From Candidatus Staskawiczbacteria bacterium RIFCSPLOWO2_01_FULL_33_13 (GTDB lineage: Bacteria; Patescibacteriota; Minisyncoccia; Minisyncoccales; Staskawiczbacteraceae): 64,000 bases of DNA. The notes under the pieces were generated by a model. The model made no database searches. It saw only the letters and a list, made by a program, of their open reading frames with translations, and was not told where the DNA came from. Positions within the stretch are counted from its first letter, which is position 1, and every line of letters starts with the position of its first letter. Below, in pieces: positions 49,738 to 59,000 of this stretch. The stretch lies in NCBI GenBank assembly GCA_001820215.1, contig MHOW01000006.1, forward strand, positions 47,039-111,038, read 5' to 3'. Made by a program: the position numbers and the translations under genes.

Positions 49738-50271
49738 ATGGAAGAACAAGATTTAGTAATAATTAAAAAAACTATTGAAGAGTTGTTTGAAAAAATGACT
49801 GTTGTGGTTAGTAGTTTGGAATTAAAGCAAAGCTCTCAAGAAAAAAAAACCGAAAATTTTGATTCGCTTAATAGTATCAATGAAACTGTTTTACCTTTAC
49901 AAAGCGAACCTAGAGAAATAATTCACATAAATATAAATTTAGAAGAACCTCAATTTTTAATAGGCCAGAATGGCCAGACTTTATTTGAACTAGAGCGTAT
50001 TGTAAAGATAATATTAAATAAAAAAATCCAAAAGTTTTTTTATTTGAATTTAGATATTAATAATTATAAAGACAAAAAAGTTGAATATTTAAAAAACTTA
50101 GCAAGGGATTCAGCCAACGAAGTTGCGTTAACTAAACAAGAAAAAGCGTTAAGTCCTATGTTAGCTTATGAAAGAAGAATTATTCATACCGAATTAGCTC
50201 AAAGACAAGATGTTATTACAAGGAGCCAGGGCAATGGAGAAAATAGATGCGTGGTAATATGCCCTCGCTAA
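49738..50271 (+). CDS. jag: Jag/KhpB-like RNA-binding protein (KH + R3H)
   Basis: C-terminal R3H YERRIIHTELA. Follows yidC as in many bacteria. Confidence 0.7.
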   Translation: MEEQDLVIIKKTIEELFEKMTVVVSSLELKQSSQEKKTENFDSLNSINETVLPLQSEPREIIHININLEEPQFLIGQNGQTLFELERIVKIILNKKIQKFFYLNLDINNYKDKKVEYLKNLARDSANEVALTKQEKALSPMLAYERRIIHTELAQRQDVITRSQGNGENRCVVICPR

Positions 50272-50284
50272 AAGGCGTAACAGT

Positions 50285-50322
50285 AAACTAAAAAACGGAT
50301 TTTTAAATCCGTTTTTTAGTTT
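50285..50322. terminator. bidirectional terminator hairpin
   Basis: aaactaaaaaacggatttttaaatccgttttttagttt. Confidence 0.6.
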
Positions 50323-50332
50323 AGGAAGATTT

Positions 50333-51952
50333 TTAATAAGTAGGAATAATATTTATCATGTATATGTACCTTTCTTTTTCTGGATCAAGGATATTATCAA
50401 ATATCAAGCTTATTTTCTTTTTACCGTAATAAATTTTACATTTTTTGTCATCAAGATTACGCCTAAATCTAGAATAAAGAACAATCATATAACTCCTTTT
50501 ATTTTCTACAAGCCCTATACTTCTTGCGCATGTTTTGTCGTTACTAGTACAGTGATTAAACTCTGGTGCATCAGAAGTAAATTGTGTTGAGGGTGGGTCC
50601 GTGCCTATTGGCGATGCTGTATGATCAACGCTCCATAGCCAATAATCAAGTATTCCCAATCTACTTCCATCGGGTGGACTATTCTCGCCATTTCTATGTG
50701 CCCAAAGTTCTCGATCTATAGTACTACTCGATAAAAAATATTTAAAATTTTTGCTTAAAAAGATAATTGCAGGGCTACTAGAAGGCGTTTGGTTTCTGTA
50801 GTGGAAAATGGTTCCATATTTAGGATTAAAATATCTATCATCAAAAGATGTAGATGTGCTTGGGGCTACGGACAAACATATGGTACCCTCGTCCCGTTTA
50901 ATTAGCGAAGGATTTGATGTTGCTAAATTCACTCCCCCTTGTAATTCCGAACACATACCACTTCCGTTTTGTAAAATAACTCCATAGCGGTCTTTTGGAT
51001 CGGCACCACTAATAATTTTTACTGATCGAGTTATGTTGGCAGTGGGAGTTTCATCGGAATCATAGGGTGGTATTAGGCCACTTTCTTTTTGTACATAAGA
51101 GCTTATTCCGGTGCAGTCCTCTGTTAAATAATAATAAATACCAGATTCTTTGATTTTTGATATATAAGAATATATTGTAGAAGAAGAATCATTTGGGCTG
51201 AATGGATCAAAAAGAAGCATTATGCTTGCTGGTTGAATATTATTTAAATCGGGGCTTGTACATGGTAATTCCCAAACTCTTAAATTGCCCAATCCAGATG
51301 CATTTCTTGTTCGGTCTATTTGAAAATATGGTTGATCATATACCCAAAGTAAAAGGGGTTTACCACCTCGACTTGAATCGCAAATATAAACAAGAGCATC
51401 AGTTCCAGGAGGCGCACCATCAAAAATATGACCCGGATCCAAATCAGCACCAGTATCCCAAATATCATCTTCTCGTTCGTTTGCTGCTTGATAATCAATT
51501 ATGGTAGTAACTATGGGTCCAGGCGTGCTAGTGCGAGTTCTATACCAAAGCTGTCCACCTTGACTTCCATAACTTGCCACGCTTGGGTTTATAAAATCTG
51601 GGCTTATTGTCTGAAATACTATCACGGAAATCATTAATAAAACTATTCCTAAAATACAGTCAAAAATCTTTTTTCTTGCATTTCCAATCGCAACCGGGCT
51701 TCCCATAGAAGCCATTATTAAAATGCTATTTATTACTATAGTTATGACACCAATTACACCAGCTGATACTACTAAAAACCAAAAGATATAACCAATATAT
51801 GTTTCTAAAGAAATTCCTACTCCATCTCCTATAGTTGGCCCACCCGGAATATTAGGGTAAGTTAATTCAAGGGCAAAAGCGTATTGGATTGCTAAAAAGC
51901 ACAGTATTATTATTGCAATGATGATAATTGGGTATTTGTATTTTTTGTTCAT
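50333..51952 (-). CDS. pilin-like (VirB2/TrbC-type two-TM N-terminus) protein fused to a large Pro/Ser/Thr/Gly-rich extracellular domain
   Basis: Signal/TM helix, then a second long TM (GYIFWFLVVSAGVIGVITIVINSILIMASMG). About 420-aa C-terminal domain whose DNA is visibly GC-richer than its surroundings. Confidence 0.4.
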   Translation of the reverse strand: MNKKYKYPIIIIAIIILCFLAIQYAFALELTYPNIPGGPTIGDGVGISLETYIGYIFWFLVVSAGVIGVITIVINSILIMASMGSPVAIGNARKKIFDCILGIVLLMISVIVFQTISPDFINPSVASYGSQGGQLWYRTRTSTPGPIVTTIIDYQAANEREDDIWDTGADLDPGHIFDGAPPGTDALVYICDSSRGGKPLLLWVYDQPYFQIDRTRNASGLGNLRVWELPCTSPDLNNIQPASIMLLFDPFSPNDSSSTIYSYISKIKESGIYYYLTEDCTGISSYVQKESGLIPPYDSDETPTANITRSVKIISGADPKDRYGVILQNGSGMCSELQGGVNLATSNPSLIKRDEGTICLSVAPSTSTSFDDRYFNPKYGTIFHYRNQTPSSSPAIIFLSKNFKYFLSSSTIDRELWAHRNGENSPPDGSRLGILDYWLWSVDHTASPIGTDPPSTQFTSDAPEFNHCTSNDKTCARSIGLVENKRSYMIVLYSRFRRNLDDKKCKIYYGKKKISLIFDNILDPEKERYIYMINIIPTY

Positions 51953-52030
51953 TTTTACTAAATTACTAGCTTAAAAATTATTACCTTTATTCTTTAATAC
52001 TACTATATTTTAATCGCCAGTAAAACTATA

Positions 52031-53824
52031 TTATTTTAATTTTCTTCTTGCTTCTTTTATTTTTTCAACTTCTTGGGGGCTGGTAGTTATTATTTGATCT
52101 TCTGTATAGCTGGCTTTTATATTAATATATACATGTTTTTTACCCGCAAAAAACAACCCTTCTCCAACAGGAGCACTTAATAATAATTCTTCTTCTTGCT
52201 TGGTTAAATCAAATATTTTTTCTAATACATCAATAGCCGCAGTGGATTGTTTTAACAGCATTTGCAAAGATGAATTGGTGATAATAGCCTTTCCATAACC
52301 TGAACCCATAAAATCTTCCACATCTTGGGTAATAGTGGTTACTCCCATCCAGTATTTTCTGCATCTTTTTATTAAGCTGAATAAAAATGAAGCTCCGTCT
52401 TCTGATTGCATCAGCCACCAAGCCTCATCAACCACTAAAATTCTCTTTTTTATTTTTGTTCTTACAATATTCCATATGTATCGCATTACAATAAACAAAG
52501 CAATGGGTTTTAAAGATTCTTCCATGTCTCTTATTCCAAATACAATGAATTTTTTATCAATAGTAATATTAGATTTTTGGTTAAAAAATCCAGCAAAAGT
52601 CCCTTCGGTAAATTTTTTAAGGCGTCTTGCTAAAGATTCTGCTCCTTCCATATTTTCTAAAATTTCTCCAAAATCAGACATTAGTGGTATTTTTTCCTCC
52701 CAGGTAGCAGGGTCACTTTGAGGTGTAATATCTCTTATTGCGTAAGTTTCTGTGAGGGCTTGGTCTAAAATACTATCTTCTTCAGCAGTTAATCCTCCAA
52801 GCATTATTCTTAAAAGTCCCACCAAATTTATAATATTTGACCTTAGTATGTCTTCTGGATTATCATCTGGGCCTGGGGTAGGAAGGTCAAAAGGATTTAC
52901 ATGGTTTCCAGAAGACAAAGATATTTTAAAGAAATTACCCCCTATGCCATCGGCTAAAAATTCATATTCATTTTCGGGGTCAATTACAATTACATCAATA
53001 TCCATCATCAAGTATCTTAAAATTTCTAATTTAACCGCGTATGATTTACCCGATCCGGATTTTGCAAAAACAACCATATTGGCGTTTTCTAAGGTGAACC
53101 TATCAAACAATACAAGTGAATTATTGTGCCGGTTAATGCCATATAAAATTCCTTCATTAGAGCTTAAGTCAAAAGAAACAAATGGAAACGCAGTTGAAAG
53201 CGGCTCTGTGTTCATTGGAACATTAATGCCAATTAAGTCCATTCCATAAGGGCTGGCTGAAATAAAGCCTTCTTTTTGCTTAAATAAAGCTGGTTTTATA
53301 TAAATTAAACGAGGTTCAAAAATTGACCTTAGGGTAGTTTCAACTTCACGCATTTCTTCTTCTGAATTTTGATATACGGTAATATAAAGCCCAAATCTAA
53401 ACATTTTTTCTTGGGCGGTTATTATTTTATCTCTAAGGTTTTCAATATCTTGGTAGCCGGTTTCAAGAGCTGGATCGCGAATGAGTCCCTTTTCTTGTCT
53501 TTCCATTAATTCTGAAGATACTTGGGTAACTTTTGACCGTAATTTTTTTAAAATTAATTCACTGCTTACCGGATGTATAAAAAAAGATATATCCATTGGT
53601 ACATTTAGGTTTATTGCGGGAGAAAGCCAGCCGGTATTTAAATATCTTGGATAAGAAAATATAAAAAAAGATTTGGCGATTTTTTCTCCAAGCTTTATAT
53701 AGTTTTGATTTATGCCAACATAAGAAGGCGCTATAACATCCTTTATATTAAGAATTTCTTCTTGAAATATTTTATCATCAATATCAATATTTCTTTTATT
53801 TTTATTTAAAAAATTAAAATTCAC
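52031..53824 (-). CDS. VirB4/TrbE/CagE-family conjugal-transfer-type ATPase
   Basis: Walker A FAKSGSGKSYA. DPENEY and VVDEAW (Walker B) motifs. Confidence 0.8.
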   Translation of the reverse strand: MNFNFLNKNKRNIDIDDKIFQEEILNIKDVIAPSYVGINQNYIKLGEKIAKSFFIFSYPRYLNTGWLSPAINLNVPMDISFFIHPVSSELILKKLRSKVTQVSSELMERQEKGLIRDPALETGYQDIENLRDKIITAQEKMFRFGLYITVYQNSEEEMREVETTLRSIFEPRLIYIKPALFKQKEGFISASPYGMDLIGINVPMNTEPLSTAFPFVSFDLSSNEGILYGINRHNNSLVLFDRFTLENANMVVFAKSGSGKSYAVKLEILRYLMMDIDVIVIDPENEYEFLADGIGGNFFKISLSSGNHVNPFDLPTPGPDDNPEDILRSNIINLVGLLRIMLGGLTAEEDSILDQALTETYAIRDITPQSDPATWEEKIPLMSDFGEILENMEGAESLARRLKKFTEGTFAGFFNQKSNITIDKKFIVFGIRDMEESLKPIALFIVMRYIWNIVRTKIKKRILVVDEAWWLMQSEDGASFLFSLIKRCRKYWMGVTTITQDVEDFMGSGYGKAIITNSSLQMLLKQSTAAIDVLEKIFDLTKQEEELLLSAPVGEGLFFAGKKHVYINIKASYTEDQIITTSPQEVEKIKEARRKLK

Positions 53825-53860
53825 TTTAGTATTTTTTTAATATTATTAAAAAATTAATTT

Positions 53861-53895
53861 CAAAATTCAAAAACCTAAATTCTAAACAAATTCAA
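53861..53895. repeat. left arm of 34-bp inverted repeat bracketing the four-helix-bundle ORF
   Basis: caaaattcaaaaacctaaattctaaacaaattcaa. Confidence 0.65.
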
Positions 53896-53931
53896 AATCC
53901 AAATTTTCTAAATCCAAAACTATTTAATATT

Positions 53932-54294
53932 TTATTTACTATTCTCTAAAATAGATCCAAATATTTTCATTAGTTCAATGCATTCTTTAATGAGCGATTC
54001 TTTGTCTTGTTGATTTTCTTTTAATGGTTCAGATAAATTTAACCACAACCTGCTTTCTTTAGATTCTTTTCTGCAAATCTTTATTCTCATTAGAAAGTCT
54101 TTTTTGCCTAGAGATTCATTTGCTTCAATATAATTGGCTGCCTGTGAACCGGAGGATCTAACGAGTTGTTTTCCGTATTCTATATTTGAAATTGTTCTGA
54201 GAAGAGCCTTAACATACTCTCTTGTTTTTTGAGCAAATAGATAAGTTCTATCTTCTAAATCATATTGCGGTTTTGAATTTTGGATTTCATTCAT
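53932..54294 (-). CDS. four-helix-bundle protein (23S rRNA intervening-sequence protein family)
   Basis: ...YLFAQKTREYVKALLRTISN...QLVRSSGSQAANYIEANESLGKKDFLMRIKICRKESKESRLWL matches the four-helix-bundle pattern. Confidence 0.6.
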   Translation of the reverse strand: MNEIQNSKPQYDLEDRTYLFAQKTREYVKALLRTISNIEYGKQLVRSSGSQAANYIEANESLGKKDFLMRIKICRKESKESRLWLNLSEPLKENQQDKESLIKECIELMKIFGSILENSK

Positions 54295-54328
54295 TTGAAT
54301 TTGTTTAGGATTTAGGTTTTTGAATTTT
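54295..54328. repeat. right arm of inverted repeat (33/34 match to the left arm)
   Basis: ttgaatttgtttaggatttaggtttttgaatttt. Its reverse complement equals the left arm with 1 mismatch. Confidence 0.65.
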
Positions 54329-54361
54329 GGATTTTTGTTGAAATAAATTTCAAATTAGGAT

Positions 54362-55024
54362 TTATTTCAATAATTCCGGTGATATTTTTGGCGAATAACC
54401 TATTTCAGCTTCGTTAGGGTGGTGTATAGTCCAAAATAGTTCAATTAATTCGGGGGTGGTTAAGGGTATTACATCTAAACCACATCTTTTTAATCCCATT
54501 GCTAAAAATTCCATTCTTTGCCAAAGTTGATTTTTTGATTTTTCAAAGTCATCATCTTTAAATTGTTGAATTTTAGCTTTATCTTTACTAAATAAATTCA
54601 AAAAATTAAATTGTTTTGTAACGCCCCCTACACCGAATATTTCCACTAAACTGTAAGGGACTACCACATAAAAATTCTTTGTCATAATTGAGTCCCCTTG
54701 CACCAATTCTTTTATGAATTCCCGATAAGAACCCGTTTGGGCTTTTAGTAATTCATTATCCTGTTTTTCTTCTAAATTTTTAATGCTATCCAAATATGGG
54801 GTGATATTTATCTTTCTTGATTGAATGATAATTTGGCATGAAAAATCTAATGAATTTAAAAAGCTTTGAAAAGAATAAATAATGGCGTTTTGTTCGTCGT
54901 CTGATTTTAATGCAAAATTCATAGAGGAAACCATTAGTACTCCCCTTATATTATTATTTTTTAAAATCAAAACACCTTCTTTAATGTCTTGAATTTCTAA
55001 AAATTCTTGTGTCGTAATGTTCAT
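54362..55024 (-). CDS. hypothetical protein in the T4SS-like cluster
   Basis: No TM, no clear motif. Confidence 0.3.
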   Translation of the reverse strand: MNITTQEFLEIQDIKEGVLILKNNNIRGVLMVSSMNFALKSDDEQNAIIYSFQSFLNSLDFSCQIIIQSRKINITPYLDSIKNLEEKQDNELLKAQTGSYREFIKELVQGDSIMTKNFYVVVPYSLVEIFGVGGVTKQFNFLNLFSKDKAKIQQFKDDDFEKSKNQLWQRMEFLAMGLKRCGLDVIPLTTPELIELFWTIHHPNEAEIGYSPKISPELLK

Positions 55025-55040
55025 AATTGTAAATATAAAA

Positions 55041-55487
55041 TCACTTCTTTGTTTCTATTTTTCTTTTAACTTCCTTCAATTTACTAGCTTGTAATATTGA
55101 AAAATGGGATGGTTTTGTAGTATTTATTTCTTGATTGTCATGCCTTGTAATCAATTTTTCTTTACTTTGTAAATTTGGGTTTAAGCTTTTATATGGATAT
55201 GGGGATTTTTTCTTCTCCCAAATATAGGTTTTATTTTCAAATAAAAATCCAAAAAAGTGTAAAAATACTGTTACTAAAGAAGCATTATCTATTTTTATAA
55301 AAGCTATTACTGAAACTATTCCCATTATTACTATTGAACAAATTACAAAAAAATAAAACGGCAAAAGATAATAAAATACTATAGCAGTACTTAGTCCTCC
55401 CACAAGCAAAAAAAACTGCTTGAAAGTTAAAAAGTAAATTATCTTTCCTTCTTGTTCAATAAATTGTGGAGTTGGATATTGGGCCAT
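55041..55487 (-). CDS. PrgI/VirB3-like small membrane protein
   Basis: 148 aa with a two-TM hairpin (FLLVGGLSTAIVFYYLLPFYFFVICSIVIMGIVSVIAF). Adjacent to the VirB4-like gene. Confidence 0.4.
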   Translation of the reverse strand: MAQYPTPQFIEQEGKIIYFLTFKQFFLLVGGLSTAIVFYYLLPFYFFVICSIVIMGIVSVIAFIKIDNASLVTVFLHFFGFLFENKTYIWEKKKSPYPYKSLNPNLQSKEKLITRHDNQEINTTKPSHFSILQASKLKEVKRKIETKK

Positions 55488-55509
55488 TTGTAATGCTCTT
55501 AATTATTAT

Positions 55510-56061
55510 TTATTCAATCGGTTCTCTATAAGTATCTGGCTTGCTTTCTAGCTTTGGTTGTGGTTTCGGCTCTTCTTTGGTCACTCTTTGTTGGGCATGT
55601 TGAATGTTTTCTGCATTTTCTTCTACATCCAAAATGTCTACTTTTTTAATATAAGAATCAGGTGGCATCTCTTTTGGCACAGGAATATTGCTATTCCCCC
55701 TTATTTTGTTTAACAATTCTTGCCTGTATCTTTCTTTTTGATCCACTTCTTTTTTAACTTCTATTTCTTCTTCTGGTTGGGCTAAGGAAACAACATTATT
55801 TTTTATATCGTGAGCCAATTTATCTGCTTTTTCTTGAGCGATATATAAATCTTTTTTCAGTATTTCTATTATATCTTTCATAGTAACTCCTTTTTCCATT
55901 GCTACAATTTTCTTAGCCACTTTAAATATAACAACTTCTGGATTTTCTTTTTCAAAATCCCAAAAATCTTCTTGGCTAAGAGTTAAATTATGTTTTTTAA
56001 CTAATTCTGAAATTGCTTGATCTATTTGGTCAGAAAAGTTTAACACATATTCTGTTTTCAT
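55510..56061 (-). CDS. hypothetical charged protein in the T4SS-like cluster
   Basis: No TM, charged. Confidence 0.3.
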   Translation of the reverse strand: MKTEYVLNFSDQIDQAISELVKKHNLTLSQEDFWDFEKENPEVVIFKVAKKIVAMEKGVTMKDIIEILKKDLYIAQEKADKLAHDIKNNVVSLAQPEEEIEVKKEVDQKERYRQELLNKIRGNSNIPVPKEMPPDSYIKKVDILDVEENAENIQHAQQRVTKEEPKPQPKLESKPDTYREPIE

Positions 56062-56090
56062 ATAACTTGCATAGAAATAATTTTATAAAA

Positions 56091-59000
56091 TTACCCTTTT
56101 TCTTTTAATTTTTCTTGCATAATTTCTCCCTTCATTTCATCGGCTATAACTTCATAAGCATCTTCAAGGCTCATATATTCTCTTCCTGTTTCTTTAATTC
56201 TTTTATTTAACTCTATCATTCTTTCTGCTATTTTTGCTTTTTCCATATCAGTGAATTCTTCCTTCCCTTCTATTCTAGCTTTTATTCTTTTTAAATATTC
56301 TATTGGATTTGTTTTAAAACCATATTTCCCTCCCCATTGTGCGATATCTTGAGCCTTGTCCTTATCTGTTGCTTTACTTGCTGCTCTTCTTTTTGCTGTA
56401 AGTTTTTCTCTTAGAATTTTTCTCTTTTCTTCTTCAAATCTTCCAGAATAATACTTGGGATCTTTATTAAAACTATTTGAATCTTCAAATACTGCCTTTA
56501 GTTCTCCAAAAGAAGGAAATGTTGGAGGAACTCCAGAAGCATCATATTGTTTTGCAGTTGATTTATTTGATTTTTTTAAATCAACGATTTTTTCTATTAA
56601 ACCATCCCTCTCATTTGTTGTAAGTTTTATGCCCTCTTGTTTCATCTTTTTTGCTTCAACATGATTATAAGCCTCTTTGTGGCTTATAAATGGTGTCTGT
56701 TCATCAATGCCGTATTCTTTTAATTCATCTAGGATTTTTATAGATTCATCTCTTTCTCCTGGAGATAGTTGACCTTCATCTACCCTCTTTTTTCTTAGTA
56801 TTTCTTTTCGGCGAACTTTTGCTCTTAATCCTGCCACTTCCCCTGCTAATTGCTTTTGTTCCTCTTCACTTAGATAGCCCCCACCTATTTTAGAAACTAC
56901 TCCCAAGGCTTCAGTAGTTTCATCTTTTTCTATTTTCGCTTCATCTACTGGGCTCATTCTTATTTCTCCAAAATTCCCCTTAACACCAACTATCTTAGAC
57001 CCTTCTCCTGGTCGCATTTGTGGATCATATGGCTTTGTGTCATCTGGTTTTGCTTCTTCTATGTTTTGTTCGGGTAATTTGTTTGCGCCAGTTACAAATG
57101 CTCTTAAATTTTCTGCTTCCTCAGAACTTGTGCCGACTCCTTGCACATATTTTTCTAGATCCTTAAATCCCTCCGGAGAATTACCGGCTCGATGTATTGC
57201 TTTGGTTGTATAAAATCTCTTTCTAATTTCTTCTTTAACTTCTTTAGTAGCCCCACTTATGGCATCTTCCATCATTGCGCTAGGAATTTGGGCTAAATTC
57301 TTAATGTATTCTGGATCGTCAACATCGGCAACCAAAGATGCATATACCGCTTTTTTTAATTTTGGACCTGCCTTGTCGTCAACAGCTCTCATTTGTTGTG
57401 GGCTATTTGCAATTTGCCTAGCGATTACTGCACCGTATTTTCCACCCAAAACCGAAGAGTCAAGGCGTTCTATATCATACGCGTTTAATGTTTCAGCTTT
57501 TCTTCTAACTACTTCTTCTTTAGCTGCACTGTCTTCGCCAAAAATATGAATACCATCAGAATCTGTTTCGCTCTGTATTCTTTTTACAGCTTCCTTGTCA
57601 AATGCATTCATTCTTATATCTTGTTTCTGATAGTTTCTCCTAGTACTTAAGCCATAATAATCATTTTCTTTCAATAGTTGGTCAATTTTATTTGGATCAG
57701 TTTCCTTGGTATGAAGAAGTTCTCTTCTTGTTAATTCATCTGTAGCCGCTGCTCCTCTCCAGCCACCCTCATCAACCATGGTACGCAAGTCTATATCTGA
57801 AGCCTCTGTTGCAAACTTTCTATCAGCAGTAGAAGCCGCTTGTCTAGTTACTATTTGTTCAGCTTGTTTTTTCATCATAGTGCCCAAAAGACTGTTTGGA
57901 TTAACTATATCGTCTTCGGTGTATTGAAGATCTCGGCCAGTTTTATTGTTGGCAAGATTAACACTACCAACAGCAGTTGTGCCAATAAGTTTTCTTTGCG
58001 CCTCTGCCATTGCCCCCTTATTTAATGTTGCATAATCAGGATCAAAACTTGCAATATCTCTAGCTGAAACCCCTTGGCTTACAGCTTGTTTTACTATTCT
58101 GTCACGCTGTGATTTATCTTTAATAGCATCAAGGGTGCCGTTTCTAGCTAACATTTCGGTGGCCACTGCGCTTTCGGCGGCGGTTCCATTTTCTGCTATG
58201 CTTGCAAGTTTTTTAACATCTTTTATGTTTTTAAATTGTTCTCTAACTGGATCCAATTCTTTTGCTTCTCTATCTTTTTTCACTGTTTCACTTTTGCCCT
58301 TGCCATAAATTTTATCTCTTCCCCAGCTAACTAAACGACTATCAGCTACTTTGTTTTTAACATCTTTTAGGCCATCGGTAATCCCGGTTCTTTTCATTCC
58401 AGCCATGGCGGTAGATGTACCACCCGTTATAATTGCCGATGCTATTTTTGTTGCAACGCTCATAACAGCGCTTGCTATGGGGCCGGATGATTTGTATGTA
58501 AGATGCATTCCTATTGCCAAAAATCCCACTACGATAATAAATTGAAATGTTAAATTTACTAATGCTGTTACGGTGTCTCCTGTAAAAACCCAATTATATG
58601 CCCGTAGCACATTTACCGATAAATTTAAGAAAAAAGCCGCTCCTAATCCAATAAAGCAATATTTTAAAAATTGACCCCACCAGTCTCCAAATAGTTTTTG
58701 GGCTTTTTCATAAGGGAATACATTTAAAGCAAAAGCTAGTGGGGACAATACAAACAAAATAGCTAAAAGCACATACCTTTGTATTAATAACAATGCAAAG
58801 CAAAATAAAATAAATGCCACAAAAAAATAAAGAGCATCAAAAAGCAAGTTAATGCCAAAATAGGCAAAAGCTTTATAAATATTTGTTTCGGCGATTGGTT
58901 CTAATTCCCAAATGGTTTCATTCCACACATCATCTATAATTAATACAATATTGGCTTCTTGATCGCCTCCCACCGTTAAACTTCTCATAATAATATTTGA

